Of a stretch of 64,000 nt of DNA, positions 39,704 through 50,096 are shown piece after piece (within the stretch, counting starts at the first letter, position 1; each line of letters begins with the position of its first letter). The notes beneath the pieces are model-generated. The model was not told the DNA's origin. It saw only the letters and a list, made by a program, of their open reading frames with translations, and did not search any database. The stretch is taken from NCBI GenBank assembly GCA_000092065.1, contig CP000600.1; one strand, given 5' to 3'. Origin of the DNA: Ostreococcus lucimarinus. Its lineage: Eukaryota. The position numbers were made by a program, and so were the translations under genes.

Positions 39704-40801
39704 ATGAGCGGTGATGGTTTTTTTACGTTCACCGACGCCGATCCGAGCCAGTGGCTGCCCAAAGGGATCGTGGACGAGCGCGAGGAACACGATGCGGGGG
39801 CGTACGCGTCGTTCGCGCTCCCGCAAGGCTCGGCGAGCAGGAGCGCGAGCGACGACAATTCTAGAGGCTCGTTCGATTCGTTTGGGGTGAAATCAAAAGT
39901 GCTCGGGAGCGTGTTGTACGATGATGAAGGATTGATTCCGCTGGGGCTCGGTGGACACGCGTACGTGGACAAGTCGACGTCGCCGAAGAGCACGGCGTCG
40001 CCGACGGCGGCGTTCGTGGCGGATGCGGAGTTCGGCGCGGCGGCGGCGAGTGGATCGAGATTACGTGGGCCTTCTGGTCCTCGACGCGCTGGTCAAGGAG
40101 TCGAGGAAGAAGAACAGCAAGTGGCATCCATAGAGGTCATGGCGAACGGTGGTTTGCGACTGCGCGTGACGCTGCTCGCGGCGGGATTCGTCATCGGCGC
40201 CAGCGGAGCGTCGATTCGAGAAATTATGCGTCACACCGGTTCGACGATTCAGTCTTGGACGCAGCAACCCGAAATGGGGGTATATCATCGTCCATGCCGC
40301 GTTTTCTGCATCCAAGGCTTGCCCGAATCCGTCATGGCGGCCTCGAATATCATCCACGAAGCCGTCGAGCGATACAAGGAGTTGTGCGAAGGGAAGCGCC
40401 GCGGAGAGTTTGTGCAGCGATTGCAGTACATTCGCGGCGTTGAATTCTCGTACCAACCGCCTCCGAAAAATGCTGTACCAAATGCTGCCTCCGTGAATGG
40501 CGCCACTCGTCAAGGTACGAATCCACTCCTGATGCCGAGGCAACCGACGAATGCGGCGAATGAAACCATGCGCCTCCTCGCCGCCGCGCAGGCGCAGCGA
40601 GCCGCTATGCAACATTACCAAAACCTTGCGACACAATCCTACGCCGCGGGGTTAGCCGCCGGTGCTAAGATGGGTCATGTTCCGGCGATATCGGCGATGT
40701 CGGCGATGCCAGACTCTGAGAATCCTTTTGCCGCCGCTCAAATGCCGAACCCAAGTGATTTTTTCACCGCGTTCAGCGCGCAAACTCGCCCGAATGTTTG
40801 A
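39704..40801 (+). CDS. KH-domain RNA-binding protein.
   Basis: Type-I KH domain (LRLRVTLLAAGFVIGASGASIREIMRHTGSTIQSWTQ...RVFCIQGLPESVMAASNIIHEAVERY) followed by a Gln/Ala/Pro-rich low-complexity tail. Confidence 0.7.
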   Translation: MSGDGFFTFTDADPSQWLPKGIVDEREEHDAGAYASFALPQGSASRSASDDNSRGSFDSFGVKSKVLGSVLYDDEGLIPLGLGGHAYVDKSTSPKSTASPTAAFVADAEFGAAAASGSRLRGPSGPRRAGQGVEEEEQQVASIEVMANGGLRLRVTLLAAGFVIGASGASIREIMRHTGSTIQSWTQQPEMGVYHRPCRVFCIQGLPESVMAASNIIHEAVERYKELCEGKRRGEFVQRLQYIRGVEFSYQPPPKNAVPNAASVNGATRQGTNPLLMPRQPTNAANETMRLLAAAQAQRAAMQHYQNLATQSYAAGLAAGAKMGHVPAISAMSAMPDSENPFAAAQMPNPSDFFTAFSAQTRPNV

Positions 40802-40932
40802 TTGTACTGTCCAAGCGACGAATCTCAAGATTGTTGAACGAAGAGTTGATATTGAAGATATATAGCCAACCTTGGCGAATTCGCATGTAACCATTAGCGC
40901 CTTGAAAACTGATATTTTGTTTCTACAACAGT

Positions 40933-41622
40933 CTACGGCCTCGAAAAACGCAGAGGCTTGTCTCGCAAGTAATAAAGCTTTGCTCTGCGCACTTTCCTAC
41001 GCTCGACGACTTCCATCGCCTTAATATTCGGCGTGAACAGCGGAAACGACCGCTCGACGACGAGATTTCCTATCGCGCTTCGCAAGGTAAAGCTAGATCC
41101 CATCCCTCTGTGCCGCTTGGCGATGCAAATCCCCGTAAACGTCTGCGTGCGCCTGTTATTCTCCGGCACTTCGAGCGTCAACTTCACCACATCTCCCGGT
41201 CGAAACGGTACGATCGCGCGTTCTTTCGCCAACTCCTTCATGTGTTCCCTCTCAAGCGTCTCCATGATGTGTCCACATCGCTTAAAATAGCTCTTCCTTT
41301 TCCGCAGCGCCCGCGTCGGCGTCCACGGCGCCGCGCCGCCGCCCGCTTTCCCCCATCCCTCTTGCGTCGCCCCGGCCTCGAAGCTCGTCATCGGCGCCTC
41401 CATCCCGCGCGCCTCCGGTTTCAGTTTCTTCGTCGCGTTCGATCGATCGTGTTTGATCGCGCTCGCCGTCGACGTCGCGATCGCGCGTCGTCCCGTCGTC
41501 GCGCATCCGCGCGCATCGATCGTCGTCCCCGTCGTCGCGCGTCCCGCCTCGCGCGCGCCGCGCTCGCCCGCGCGCGCGCACCGCTCGAGCGCGCGTCCGA
41601 GCGCGCGCCACGCGAACGTCAT
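40933..41622 (-). CDS. rpl19: Organellar ribosomal protein bL19 with an ~110-aa presequence.
   Basis: FRPGDVVKLTLEVPENNRRTQTFTGICIAKRHRGMGSSFTLRS..GNLVVERSFPLFTPNIKAMEVVERRKVRRAKLYYLR is collinear with bacterial L19. An alternative start at the ATG at 41403 is possible. Confidence 0.8.
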   Translation of the reverse strand: MTFAWRALGRALERCARAGERGAREAGRATTGTTIDARGCATTGRRAIATSTASAIKHDRSNATKKLKPEARGMEAPMTSFEAGATQEGWGKAGGGAAPWTPTRALRKRKSYFKRCGHIMETLEREHMKELAKERAIVPFRPGDVVKLTLEVPENNRRTQTFTGICIAKRHRGMGSSFTLRSAIGNLVVERSFPLFTPNIKAMEVVERRKVRRAKLYYLRDKPLRFSRP

Positions 41623-41736
41623 TTCGCGCCTCGCCGCCGTCCCTCGGCCGCGCCGCGTCCGATCGCGTCGTCGCGCTGTGCCGCCGCCCGAGGGTTACGC
41701 GCGCGACCGCACCGCGCGGCGCGCGTCGCGCTCGGC

Positions 41737-42930
41737 ATGCTGCGCGCGCGGCGCGCGTGCGAGGCGCTGATGCGCGCGACCGCGCGCGCGACGGCGTCGA
41801 CGCCCGAGGCGCGGGCCGGGGCGACGCCGACGCGCGCGGGACGCCGACGCGCGCGAAGGACGGTGACGCGGCGAACGACGACGACGCGCGCGACGGGACG
41901 CGAGGACGCCGATGGGGCGACGAGGAAACGACGCGTGGTGTTTCTCGGGACGCCGGAGTGCGCGAAGGAGGTGCTGGCGCGGGTGCTGGACGCGGCGGAG
42001 GGGAGGGAGAGCGCGTTCGAGGTCGCGGCGGTGGTGTCGCAGCCGGGACGACCGCGAGGGCGAGGAAGGAAGAGCGATGAAGCGGCGCCGAGCCCGGTGG
42101 CGGAGTTGGCGCTGCGGCGAGGGATGGCGGAAGACAGGGTGCTTTGTCCGGAGAAGGCGAACGAGGAGTGGTTTCTGGACGCGCTGCGCGCGCTCGACGT
42201 CGACTTGGCGGTGACGGCGGCGTACGGGAACTTTTTACCGCAGAAATTCTTGGATATTCCGAAATTAGGGACGTTGAACATCCATCCGAGTTTGTTGCCG
42301 CAGTGGCGAGGGGCGGCGCCCGTGCAACGCGCGTTGGAGAGTGGACAGAGCGAGACCGGCGTGTCGGTGGCGTACACCGTGCTCAAAATGGACGCCGGTC
42401 CCGTCCTCAGACAAGTCACTCGACCGCTTAAAGGGGATGAAAAGGCGCCTGATCTCTTGACTGAGCTCTTCGAGACGGGCGTGGGGGCGTTGTTGGAGGA
42501 ATTACCGTCGGTATTTGCCGGCGACGCGGCGGCTCGAGCGGTGCCTCAGAGCGAGGAAACGCTCAGCCACGCCGCGAAAGTGAGCCCAGAGGAGGGTGAA
42601 TTAGACTTCACGAAACAGTCCGCACTGGAGTGTCACAATAAAGTGCGTGCATTTGCGGGTTGGCCCGGAACGAAAGCGACTTTGAAGATTAAGGCAAACG
42701 GGGACGAAGAATCGAAAGAGGTGGTGCTCAAAATCATCACCACTCGTGTCTCTGCCGAGGGAGATGAAAAGGCGGCGAACGGTCAAGTCGAGGTAACGAA
42801 AAAATTACTTCGCGTACCATGTGCAGGGGGCGGTTGGTTAGAGGTGCTCGAGGTTCAGCCCCCCGGAAAGAAAGCGATGCCGGCGAACGCTTTCATCAAC
42901 GGGATCAAAGGCTCAACCGTCTTCATTTAA
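41737..42930 (+). CDS. fmt: Methionyl-tRNA formyltransferase (Fmt), organellar, with an Arg/Ala/Thr presequence.
   Basis: RVVFLGTPECAKEVL..., the catalytic HPSLLPQWRGAAPVQRAL segment with the N/H/D triad context, and a C-terminal beta-barrel domain. The ORF-track extension upstream of 41737 is antisense to bL19 and was rejected. Confidence 0.85.
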   Translation: MLRARRACEALMRATARATASTPEARAGATPTRAGRRRARRTVTRRTTTTRATGREDADGATRKRRVVFLGTPECAKEVLARVLDAAEGRESAFEVAAVVSQPGRPRGRGRKSDEAAPSPVAELALRRGMAEDRVLCPEKANEEWFLDALRALDVDLAVTAAYGNFLPQKFLDIPKLGTLNIHPSLLPQWRGAAPVQRALESGQSETGVSVAYTVLKMDAGPVLRQVTRPLKGDEKAPDLLTELFETGVGALLEELPSVFAGDAAARAVPQSEETLSHAAKVSPEEGELDFTKQSALECHNKVRAFAGWPGTKATLKIKANGDEESKEVVLKIITTRVSAEGDEKAANGQVEVTKKLLRVPCAGGGWLEVLEVQPPGKKAMPANAFINGIKGSTVFI

Positions 42931-42972
42931 TCTCTAGCTCATTATCATAGCACAGCAGCTAAAGCTAAAACG

Positions 42973-43896
42973 CTAAAAGTCGTCATCGTCGTAATCACCA
43001 TCCGAATCATCCGCCCTTCGCATCGACTCGCCCGGACGTAACGCCCGTATGTGCTTGTGCGGGTACGTCCGACCGCACGTCTCGCATGGTTTATTCACTC
43101 CAAATAACTCCTCATCGCTAGCATCATCGTTCTCTTCGTCCGATGATGCATCGCTATCGACGTTTGTGACGGTTTTTTCAGCGAACGGATGTCCAGGAAG
43201 CGCGTCGTGCTTCGCCAACCATCGCGTCACGCGTTCTTCTTCAAAGTTTTCCGCGCCACCGAAGTCGTCGAGCGCGCACGTCGTAAACGTCAATCGCCCG
43301 CGCCTAAATATCAGCATCGCCGGAAGCGCGCTGATACGATGTTGTCGCATCAACGCCGAGTCGTGACTTGGCCTTATGCGCACGAACTTCGTTTTAGCGA
43401 ACACGGGCGCCAAGTCATCGCACACCTCGTCGATGCGAGCGCACTGCTCCGCGCCCTCCAACACCAGGTGCGCCACCACCCTCGAGCTCGCCCGCACGGT
43501 CTCCCCCAGCGCACTCTCTTTTATTTCCACGTATCTCGCTCTTCGTGCCTCCGCCGCGGCGATCGCCGCCGCGCCTTTAAGCTCTCGTAAGCGCGCCTCT
43601 TGAATCTCTCGCAGCGCCTCGTCGTCGTCGTCGTCACCGTCTGATCTCGCCCAATCTTCGTCGTCCGCGTCTTCTTCGCCGCATTCCCCGACCACGCCTT
43701 CCGCGATTCGCATCCTCGCCGTCGAGCGATCGACTTCGCGCAGCTCGCCGAGCATGCGCGCCGCTTCTTTTTGTTTCTTCACGTCCTCCTCGCAGCATCC
43801 ACCTGGCCGAGGAATGTGCGCGCCCGCCTCCCCCATGGCGTCCAGTTCATCGTCCACCCACGTGCGACACGCGCCGGCTTGACAGTCCACGCCCAT
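42973..43896 (-). CDS. Phosducin-like thioredoxin-fold protein (PhLP/TXNDC9-like) with a C-terminal Cys/His zinc-ribbon-like tail.
   Basis: Acidic N-terminal region plus a thioredoxin-like core (YVEIKESALGETVRASSRVVAHLVLEGAEQCARIDEVCDDLAPVFAKTKFVRIRPSH...ALPAMLIFRRGRL), then CETCGRTYPHKH. Confidence 0.6.
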   Translation of the reverse strand: MGVDCQAGACRTWVDDELDAMGEAGAHIPRPGGCCEEDVKKQKEAARMLGELREVDRSTARMRIAEGVVGECGEEDADDEDWARSDGDDDDDEALREIQEARLRELKGAAAIAAAEARRARYVEIKESALGETVRASSRVVAHLVLEGAEQCARIDEVCDDLAPVFAKTKFVRIRPSHDSALMRQHRISALPAMLIFRRGRLTFTTCALDDFGGAENFEEERVTRWLAKHDALPGHPFAEKTVTNVDSDASSDEENDDASDEELFGVNKPCETCGRTYPHKHIRALRPGESMRRADDSDGDYDDDDF

Positions 43897-44008
43897 GAGG
43901 TCGCCGAGCGCGTCGTCCGAGCGCGCGCGCGCGTGTGACGACGGGCCGATGATGCCGCGTAAACCCTAGGTCGGGCCGCCCGCGCGGCTCGGCAGAGCGC
44001 GAAGCGCG

Positions 44009-45196
44009 ATGCTCGTCCGACGCCCGCGCCGAACGGCGCGCGCGAGTGCGATCGAAAATGTGTTTCGAGCGCGATGCGCGCGGTTCGCGGACGCGGCGCG
44101 CGGTGGCGAGGCGAGCACGAGCGGAAAGATGCCAGAGAAAGATGGTGTCGTCGACGTCGAGGGAGCGAAAGCGAGAGCTCGCGCGCGCGCTGAGATGCTC
44201 AAAGATGAGGAGTTGGCGTCGAAAGTGCGAGCGATGATGGTTTTTGATCGAGACGTCGTGCGCGCGCACAGAGATCGAGCGGCGTACTTGCAGAATGAGG
44301 CGCTGAAACGCAGGCCCGAGCGCGCGCCGGATGGGTTGTTGGACGAGCTCGCGAGGCGTTTGTTGGATCGGTTGTTCGATATCAAACGCGGATTTAAGCG
44401 CGTGGTCGTGCTTGGTGGTGCGAGCGAAGCGATCACGCGCAGATTATTAGCGGAAAGGGACGATGTGGAGAAGATTGTCGTCGTGGATTTGTCTCAAGAT
44501 ATGCTCAATTTCGTCGAGCGGCGCATCGGAGCCGAGCCAAGACGGCGAGACGGAGCGCCTGTGGAGGTATTGTACGTGCAAGGAGACGAAGAGAATTTGC
44601 CCATTCAAGAAAATTCGGTAGATGCCGTGATTAGTTGCTTAGGATTGCACTGGGTGAACGATTTACCCGGCGCCATGTCGCGCGCGGCGGCGGCGCTCGT
44701 TCCGGATGGTCTCTTCTTGTCGTGTATTTTTGGTGGTAACACTTTACAGGAGCTTCGTGTGGCGTGCGCGCTCGCCGAGACCGAGCATGAGGGTGGTGTT
44801 AGCCCTCGAGTCTCGCCTTTAGCGCACGTGCGCGATTGTGGGAGCTTGCTCGGTCGAGCCAACCTCACGCTTCCCGCCGTCGACGTCGACATCGTCACCG
44901 TCGGCTACGCCTCTCCCGACGAGCTCGTCGAGCATTTGCGCGCCATGGCCGAGACCAACTCTGGGTTAATGCGTCGTCATCTTCTCCCTCGCGCCACCGC
45001 GCGCGCGGCGAGCGCGATGTATTCCCAAAAGTTCCCCGCCCCCGACGCCCCCGACCCCGGCGCCGTCGAAGCCACGTTTGAGATCCTGTACATGACCGGC
45101 TGGCGTCCTCATTCGAGTCAGCAGACGGCCAAGCAGCGCGGCACCGCCACGGTGTCTCTGAGCGACTTGCAAAAGCACCTCGACGGCGACGCGTGA
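44009..45196 (+). CDS. NDUFAF5: NDUFAF5-like class I SAM-dependent methyltransferase, a mitochondrial complex I assembly factor type.
   Basis: Methyltransferase motif I (VVVLGGASEAITRRL), motif post-I (VVVDLSQDM), LHWVNDLPG, and the C-terminal ATFEILYMTGWRPHSSQ...RGTATVSL signature shared with NDUFAF5 orthologues. Confidence 0.75.
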   Translation: MLVRRPRRTARASAIENVFRARCARFADAARGGEASTSGKMPEKDGVVDVEGAKARARARAEMLKDEELASKVRAMMVFDRDVVRAHRDRAAYLQNEALKRRPERAPDGLLDELARRLLDRLFDIKRGFKRVVVLGGASEAITRRLLAERDDVEKIVVVDLSQDMLNFVERRIGAEPRRRDGAPVEVLYVQGDEENLPIQENSVDAVISCLGLHWVNDLPGAMSRAAAALVPDGLFLSCIFGGNTLQELRVACALAETEHEGGVSPRVSPLAHVRDCGSLLGRANLTLPAVDVDIVTVGYASPDELVEHLRAMAETNSGLMRRHLLPRATARAASAMYSQKFPAPDAPDPGAVEATFEILYMTGWRPHSSQQTAKQRGTATVSLSDLQKHLDGDA

Positions 45197-45225
45197 CGCT
45201 CGACGCAAGCCGCGCCGCCGCGACG

Positions 45226-45375
45226 GAGCGCGCCTTGTAACGCGTACGAGCAAACAGTCAGCCCAACCCGATGTGAAGTTTTATGATTCACGAAAAAGTC
45301 GGACAAAAGATTCGTTCCCGCGCATTTTCGGAGCGCGCCTTGTAACGCGTACGAGCAAACAGTCAGCCCAACCCG
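45226..45375. repeat. Pair of identical 45-bp direct repeats (GAGCGCGCCTTGTAACGCGTACGAGCAAACAGTCAGCCCAACCCG) at 45226..45270 and 45331..45375.
   Basis: Read directly from the sequence. Lies between the NDUFAF5-like stop (45196) and the bHLH gene start (45669). Contains the AAACAGTCAG motif seen in other promoters. Confidence 0.9.
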
Positions 45376-45668
45376 CCGCGACGCCATCTCGATCGAAATC
45401 CGACGCGGTCCGACCGACCGCGGCGGTCGGATCGGCGGCGCGGGTGCCGCGCGCGCGGCCGGCTCGTCCGCACACGACGACGGTCGTCGCGATCCGCGAG
45501 CGCACGAACGCGTCGAACGACGGACGACCGCGCACGTCAACGTCTCTCTCGCGCGCGCGGTGCACCGCGCGCGCGCGCCGACGAACGCGCGTCGACGGAC
45601 GTCGATCGCGAGACGTTGGAAACCCTCGCGATCAGAGGACGACGAGCGCGATCGGCGACGCGCGCGCG

Positions 45669-46442
45669 ATGGACGGCGCGACGCCGACGGCGGATTGGTT
45701 GAGCGACTTTTTTGACTCCTTTGACGCGGATGACGTCGGGGCGTTCGACGGCGCGAACGCGTTCGCGGACGTGCCGACGGAGGTGATCGGGGGTGAGGGC
45801 CCTAGGGTTCGAGCGGCGGGGACGAAACGAAAGGCGACGGAGGAGGCTGACGGGAGTCAGGATGAACGCGTCGCGGTGACGGCGACCTCGGTGGCGGCGA
45901 CCTCGGTGGCGGCGACCACGGCGGCGGCGACCACGGCGACGGGACGCTCGAATGTGTTGAGCGAAGGGGCGAAGAAGACGAAGAGCACGCGGGAGAAGCG
46001 TCGACGCGACGTTTTGAACAGTCGCTTTGAGGAGCTCAGCGCGGTGCTCGAACCGGGTGAGTCGCAGGGTGAGTCGCAGTCGAAGGCGACGGTGGTGTTC
46101 GCGGCGACGGAGTTGATCAAGCGACTGCGTGTCGAACACGCGAGGTTAGCGAACATGATCATGCGATTCCAAGAGGATAACCTGCTAAAGACGGAGCTCA
46201 CCCAAAAGCTCGCTGCGGAACGCGATCAACTCATGCAAGAAAAGACGCATTTATTGCGAGAGAAGCTTCGCATCGAGGCACAGTTACAAGGTTTCTTGAC
46301 GAGCATGCCGTTTGCGTCTCCCGCGGATGGCATGGTGTCCACGAAATCGGCGAGCGGCGTCGCGGCGTGGACCGTGCCCATGCCCTTCATGCCGGCGAGC
46401 GAAGAAGGAGAAGACGTCACCTTGCGCGCCCCTGTGGCGTAA
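45669..46442 (+). CDS. bHLH-leucine-zipper transcription factor.
   Basis: Basic region and helix 1 (KSTREKRRRDVLNSRFEELSAVL), a loop, helix 2 and a heptad Leu zipper (LIKRLRVEHARLANMIMRFQEDNLLKTELTQKLAAERDQLMQEKTHLLREKLRIE). Start is at the first ATG downstream of the repeat-bearing leader. Confidence 0.6.
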   Translation: MDGATPTADWLSDFFDSFDADDVGAFDGANAFADVPTEVIGGEGPRVRAAGTKRKATEEADGSQDERVAVTATSVAATSVAATTAAATTATGRSNVLSEGAKKTKSTREKRRRDVLNSRFEELSAVLEPGESQGESQSKATVVFAATELIKRLRVEHARLANMIMRFQEDNLLKTELTQKLAAERDQLMQEKTHLLREKLRIEAQLQGFLTSMPFASPADGMVSTKSASGVAAWTVPMPFMPASEEGEDVTLRAPVA

Positions 46443-46544
46443 CCAATTGTCTTATGACAAATCGACATGATTTACAATTGTACCTAAAATATCCTAGTCC
46501 TAGTAATTTGTGATCATTTGTAATTTGTGATCGCAGAAAACGAA

Positions 46545-49500
46545 TCACGTGAGCCCGAGTACGGTGCGGTAATCTCGTCCAGGTTTACACACGATGAAAT
46601 CCGCCATATCGTCATACTCATCTTGCGCGCCGCCTTCTTGCGCCACGACGGCGTCCAAGTAAGGATTTCGTATGCGTTTACGAGGCTTTGATGCAGAATT
46701 TTCCCGAGACGAAACGTTCGACGGGCAGCATTTCAACACCTCTCCGTCGACGTTTTGCACGCTCTCACCGAGACGCGACAAATTTTCGCTGTAGAGTTCG
46801 ATGTCATCCATCGCGAGCGCGTTACCAATAGCCACTAAACCGCGATCAAGCGGCGTGCCACTGTTCTTCACGAGCTGAAGCGCCCTTAAGTTGGTGAAAA
46901 CTCCGGCGCAAACAACCATAAACTGTCGTCGTTTGAGTTCAAACGACCTGAGCACCTTGACGTCGTACAGATGTGACATCTTATCCGTGTTGTGATGCAA
47001 GCGAATGCCAGCGAGGACTAACGATGCATTTCGACGTTGACTTTCCAAATGTTTTTGATTTCCATCCGTGCGCGAAAGCTTCGAAGCCGCGGAAATGCAA
47101 CGTTCGAATGAATGCGTAGCCAACGACACGAAGTTTGCCTCGACGTCGTCCAACGACTTCTGCTTTGAGTGCACATGGCGCCACAATATATCACCCGACT
47201 TGACTAGAATCGTCGTCAGAGCGATGAACGCATCTTGTTTCTCAATTTTACCGTGCTGATCGTTGTCAGATGATAAATCTGTGACGATTTCATTCAAGAC
47301 ACTGAGCAAATCGTTGAGCTCATCGGGTATGGATGTCAAGGAATAGCTCAAGGCCATTTTCAACATCTCTGACGCGGTCTTGACGCAATCTGGCAGAGGG
47401 AATCGTCGACGATGATACTGTAAGATCGTGCAAGCGATGTGACACGTAGGCTCGATGGGCAACTCACGCAATTGAATAATATCGTCCTCAAGCATGACGA
47501 CAGAAGCCGACGCCAAGTCTGCATTTTCCACCAATGGCAGCATAGTGTCCAGCAAGTTCAAAACTTCATTGATGATCCGATCCCACGTATCGATCACGGT
47601 GCGTGAATTATACGTCTCTTGGAGCTGATGGTGCAAAGATGTCACGAGCGCGGCAACAACACCTGAGACTGGGGCCTCTACGCCTGCGCGTCCGGCGGCT
47701 TCGTAATCACTTCTCGCAAGATGAGGTTTACCGTAAGACGCGACTTCCTTTGCGGCGTTTTCTAATTCATCATCCGTGAAAGAAGCGCGCATCAAGTCTT
47801 GTAAAACGCCAAGATCTGGTCCGTACGACGCATTACGGCTGACAGCGAGTTCGCACAGCGCTCTGAGCGTTTGAAGAGCATCCAAAGTGGTCTTTGTCGA
47901 CCACAAATCTGAGTTCGGCGCCAATTCCTTCTTATCGAAAGCAAACCAGTTGTCTCGCAATGTTTCGACGCATTGACGCGCGCATGTATTCATAAGTGTC
48001 GCGTACTGATTAGAAGCACGCATATCACCGGAAGAAACGCGCGCCACGCGCAACGTGTGGGCACAAATTTGCGTGATGTGACGCTGCAATTCCGGAGACC
48101 ATTCCGCATCGTCAGACGAGAGCCTGACGCAACTATCAATGCACAAAGCAGATGACACGTTCCCAGCCCGCGTGTTCTCAGAACCGCAACTGAGCTGAAG
48201 ATGCATGAAAAGTAATCGCGTGATCCAACTCTCCAGCGTCTCGCTCGTACCCTCGTCGATCTTAGGGTGTTCTAATTGTTCCAACATCTCCTTGAACCAC
48301 GTCGAGTACGACAGCATGGAATCGAGGACGACTTCAACGACTGGTACAAGTTTAGCCAATACGTGCGACTCCACTTTGTCGTTTGCATCATCGAAAGCAT
48401 CGGCGTCGACGAAGTTGATTTGTTCACCATCTGTGTCTCTGGCTGACTCGGCTTGAAGGATGAGACACTCGCTCAGAGCCGATAGCAATCGAAGCGAGTT
48501 CCGCAAAATTTCTCTATTCTTGACAGATTTGCCGCTCACGTCGAGCGCCAAAATCAATCCGAGCGAGCTCGTGAGGGATTGAATCGTCGCAAAACTCAGC
48601 GTAGGGGTCTCTCTTCGCTGCGATAACGCTCTCAAGATTTCATTGATCGATAAGATGGCGTCAACCTTTGCTTCTGCCTCAGCCTTTTGCAGCATCGCTT
48701 CGTCCGCAATGGACTCGCTCGTAATCAACGTCGTCGCGACGACGAAAGCGTGTTGTCGGACACTCGAGCGGTCATCCACCATCGCGCGTTCTAAAGCCGC
48801 GATACCTGCGTCAAGATGATTGCCGGCTCGCATCATGTCACCGAGCATTTGCAAGCCTAAAATAGTTTTCGAGCAGTCGTCCTCGACGCTTTCGAACAAA
48901 GCCATCACCGGCGCGACGCCAGAGATTTTGGAGAGCGCCGCTACCGCCCTGCGCGCGATATCTCCCCCCTCTTTGACGCTCAACTGGGGTAAATATTCAA
49001 CCGCTCGCTGAATTTCACTCGACATTCTGTCGACGTGCGGCGCCGCGTCCATCTGGACAATCTCCTCGAGCGCGCGAAGCGCCGCGCGCGTTTGAACGCC
49101 CGTCGACAGCCGAGACAACAACGCGCCGAGAATTTCCACGCAAATCTCCGAATCTCTGCGCGCGATCGCTCGCAATACGTGTGCGTCGCTTTCTTTCACC
49201 TCCTCGAGCACGTATTTCGCCATGCTCTCCAACGATCTCGCATCACACGCTCTCAGCGCTCGCTCGACGTCGCTCGCGCTCGCGCTCGCCTCTCGCGCGC
49301 GTCCCCACGCCCTCGCCTCGATCAACACCGCCAACGTCGCATCCTTCGCGTCCCCTAACCGACGCACGCTCGCGTCGTACTCTTCGCACACGCGCGTCGT
49401 GAACCTCTCGTCCATCGCCGCCGCCCTTCGCGTCGCTTCGAGCGCCCGTTCGAGCGCCCGCCCGCTCGTCGACGCCGTCGCGCACAGCGTCCCCAACCAC

Positions 49501-49913
49501 GTCTCCGTCTCCGTCTCCCTCTCCTCCGCCGTTTCCTCGTCCTCGTCCGCCCGTCCGTCCGTTGCATCGTCGCACGTCCGCATCATCGCTTCGCAACACG
49601 CCCGCGCGACGATTTCGAGCGCCTCGTCGTCGTCGTCGTCCCTCGTCGCCGTCGCCATCGCGCGCGCGCCCTCGAGCGCGCGTCGTCGACATCGCGCGTC
49701 GTCGTCTCGCGTCATCCCTCGTCCGTTCGCCACGCATCGCATCGCTCGCGCGAGGTTCTCGCGCGTCCACGCCGCGTCGACGATCGCGCGCGGCGTCGAC
49801 ATCGCGCGTCGTCGGTCGGCGTCGTCGAGTGTCGCGCGCGGCGTCGTCGTTTGAATCCGACGCGCCGTCTGAATCCGACGGACGCGCACACGGACGCGCG
49901 CGGAACTCGACAA
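46545..49913 (-). CDS. Large (1122 aa) alpha-helical repeat protein (HEAT/ARM-like). Function unknown.
   Basis: Continuous ORF with balanced, AT-richer codon usage across more than 3 kb. Predicted all-helical. No confident family assignment from memory. Confidence 0.5.
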   Translation of the reverse strand: MSSSARVRVRVRRIQTARRIQTTTPRATLDDADRRRAMSTPRAIVDAAWTRENLARAMRCVANGRGMTRDDDARCRRRALEGARAMATATRDDDDDEALEIVARACCEAMMRTCDDATDGRADEDEETAEERETETETWLGTLCATASTSGRALERALEATRRAAAMDERFTTRVCEEYDASVRRLGDAKDATLAVLIEARAWGRAREASASASDVERALRACDARSLESMAKYVLEEVKESDAHVLRAIARRDSEICVEILGALLSRLSTGVQTRAALRALEEIVQMDAAPHVDRMSSEIQRAVEYLPQLSVKEGGDIARRAVAALSKISGVAPVMALFESVEDDCSKTILGLQMLGDMMRAGNHLDAGIAALERAMVDDRSSVRQHAFVVATTLITSESIADEAMLQKAEAEAKVDAILSINEILRALSQRRETPTLSFATIQSLTSSLGLILALDVSGKSVKNREILRNSLRLLSALSECLILQAESARDTDGEQINFVDADAFDDANDKVESHVLAKLVPVVEVVLDSMLSYSTWFKEMLEQLEHPKIDEGTSETLESWITRLLFMHLQLSCGSENTRAGNVSSALCIDSCVRLSSDDAEWSPELQRHITQICAHTLRVARVSSGDMRASNQYATLMNTCARQCVETLRDNWFAFDKKELAPNSDLWSTKTTLDALQTLRALCELAVSRNASYGPDLGVLQDLMRASFTDDELENAAKEVASYGKPHLARSDYEAAGRAGVEAPVSGVVAALVTSLHHQLQETYNSRTVIDTWDRIINEVLNLLDTMLPLVENADLASASVVMLEDDIIQLRELPIEPTCHIACTILQYHRRRFPLPDCVKTASEMLKMALSYSLTSIPDELNDLLSVLNEIVTDLSSDNDQHGKIEKQDAFIALTTILVKSGDILWRHVHSKQKSLDDVEANFVSLATHSFERCISAASKLSRTDGNQKHLESQRRNASLVLAGIRLHHNTDKMSHLYDVKVLRSFELKRRQFMVVCAGVFTNLRALQLVKNSGTPLDRGLVAIGNALAMDDIELYSENLSRLGESVQNVDGEVLKCCPSNVSSRENSASKPRKRIRNPYLDAVVAQEGGAQDEYDDMADFIVCKPGRDYRTVLGLT

Positions 49914-50050
49914 AGCGCGGCGCGGACGAACGCGTCGACGTCGGCGCTCGCGTCGGCGGCGCGCCTACACTCGACGGCGCCCACGCGCGAGTCGGCATGG
50001 CGCGCGCGCGCGCGCTCGCGCGATTGATGACGACGACGACGCGAGGCGTC

Positions 50051-50096
<46 letters not shown>

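Noticed and set aside
41110-41736. N-terminal 209 codons of the 606-aa ORF containing Fmt.
   Set aside because: This stretch is antisense to the bL19 gene and is Arg/Pro/Ala-rich. Fmt homology begins after the ATG at 41737.
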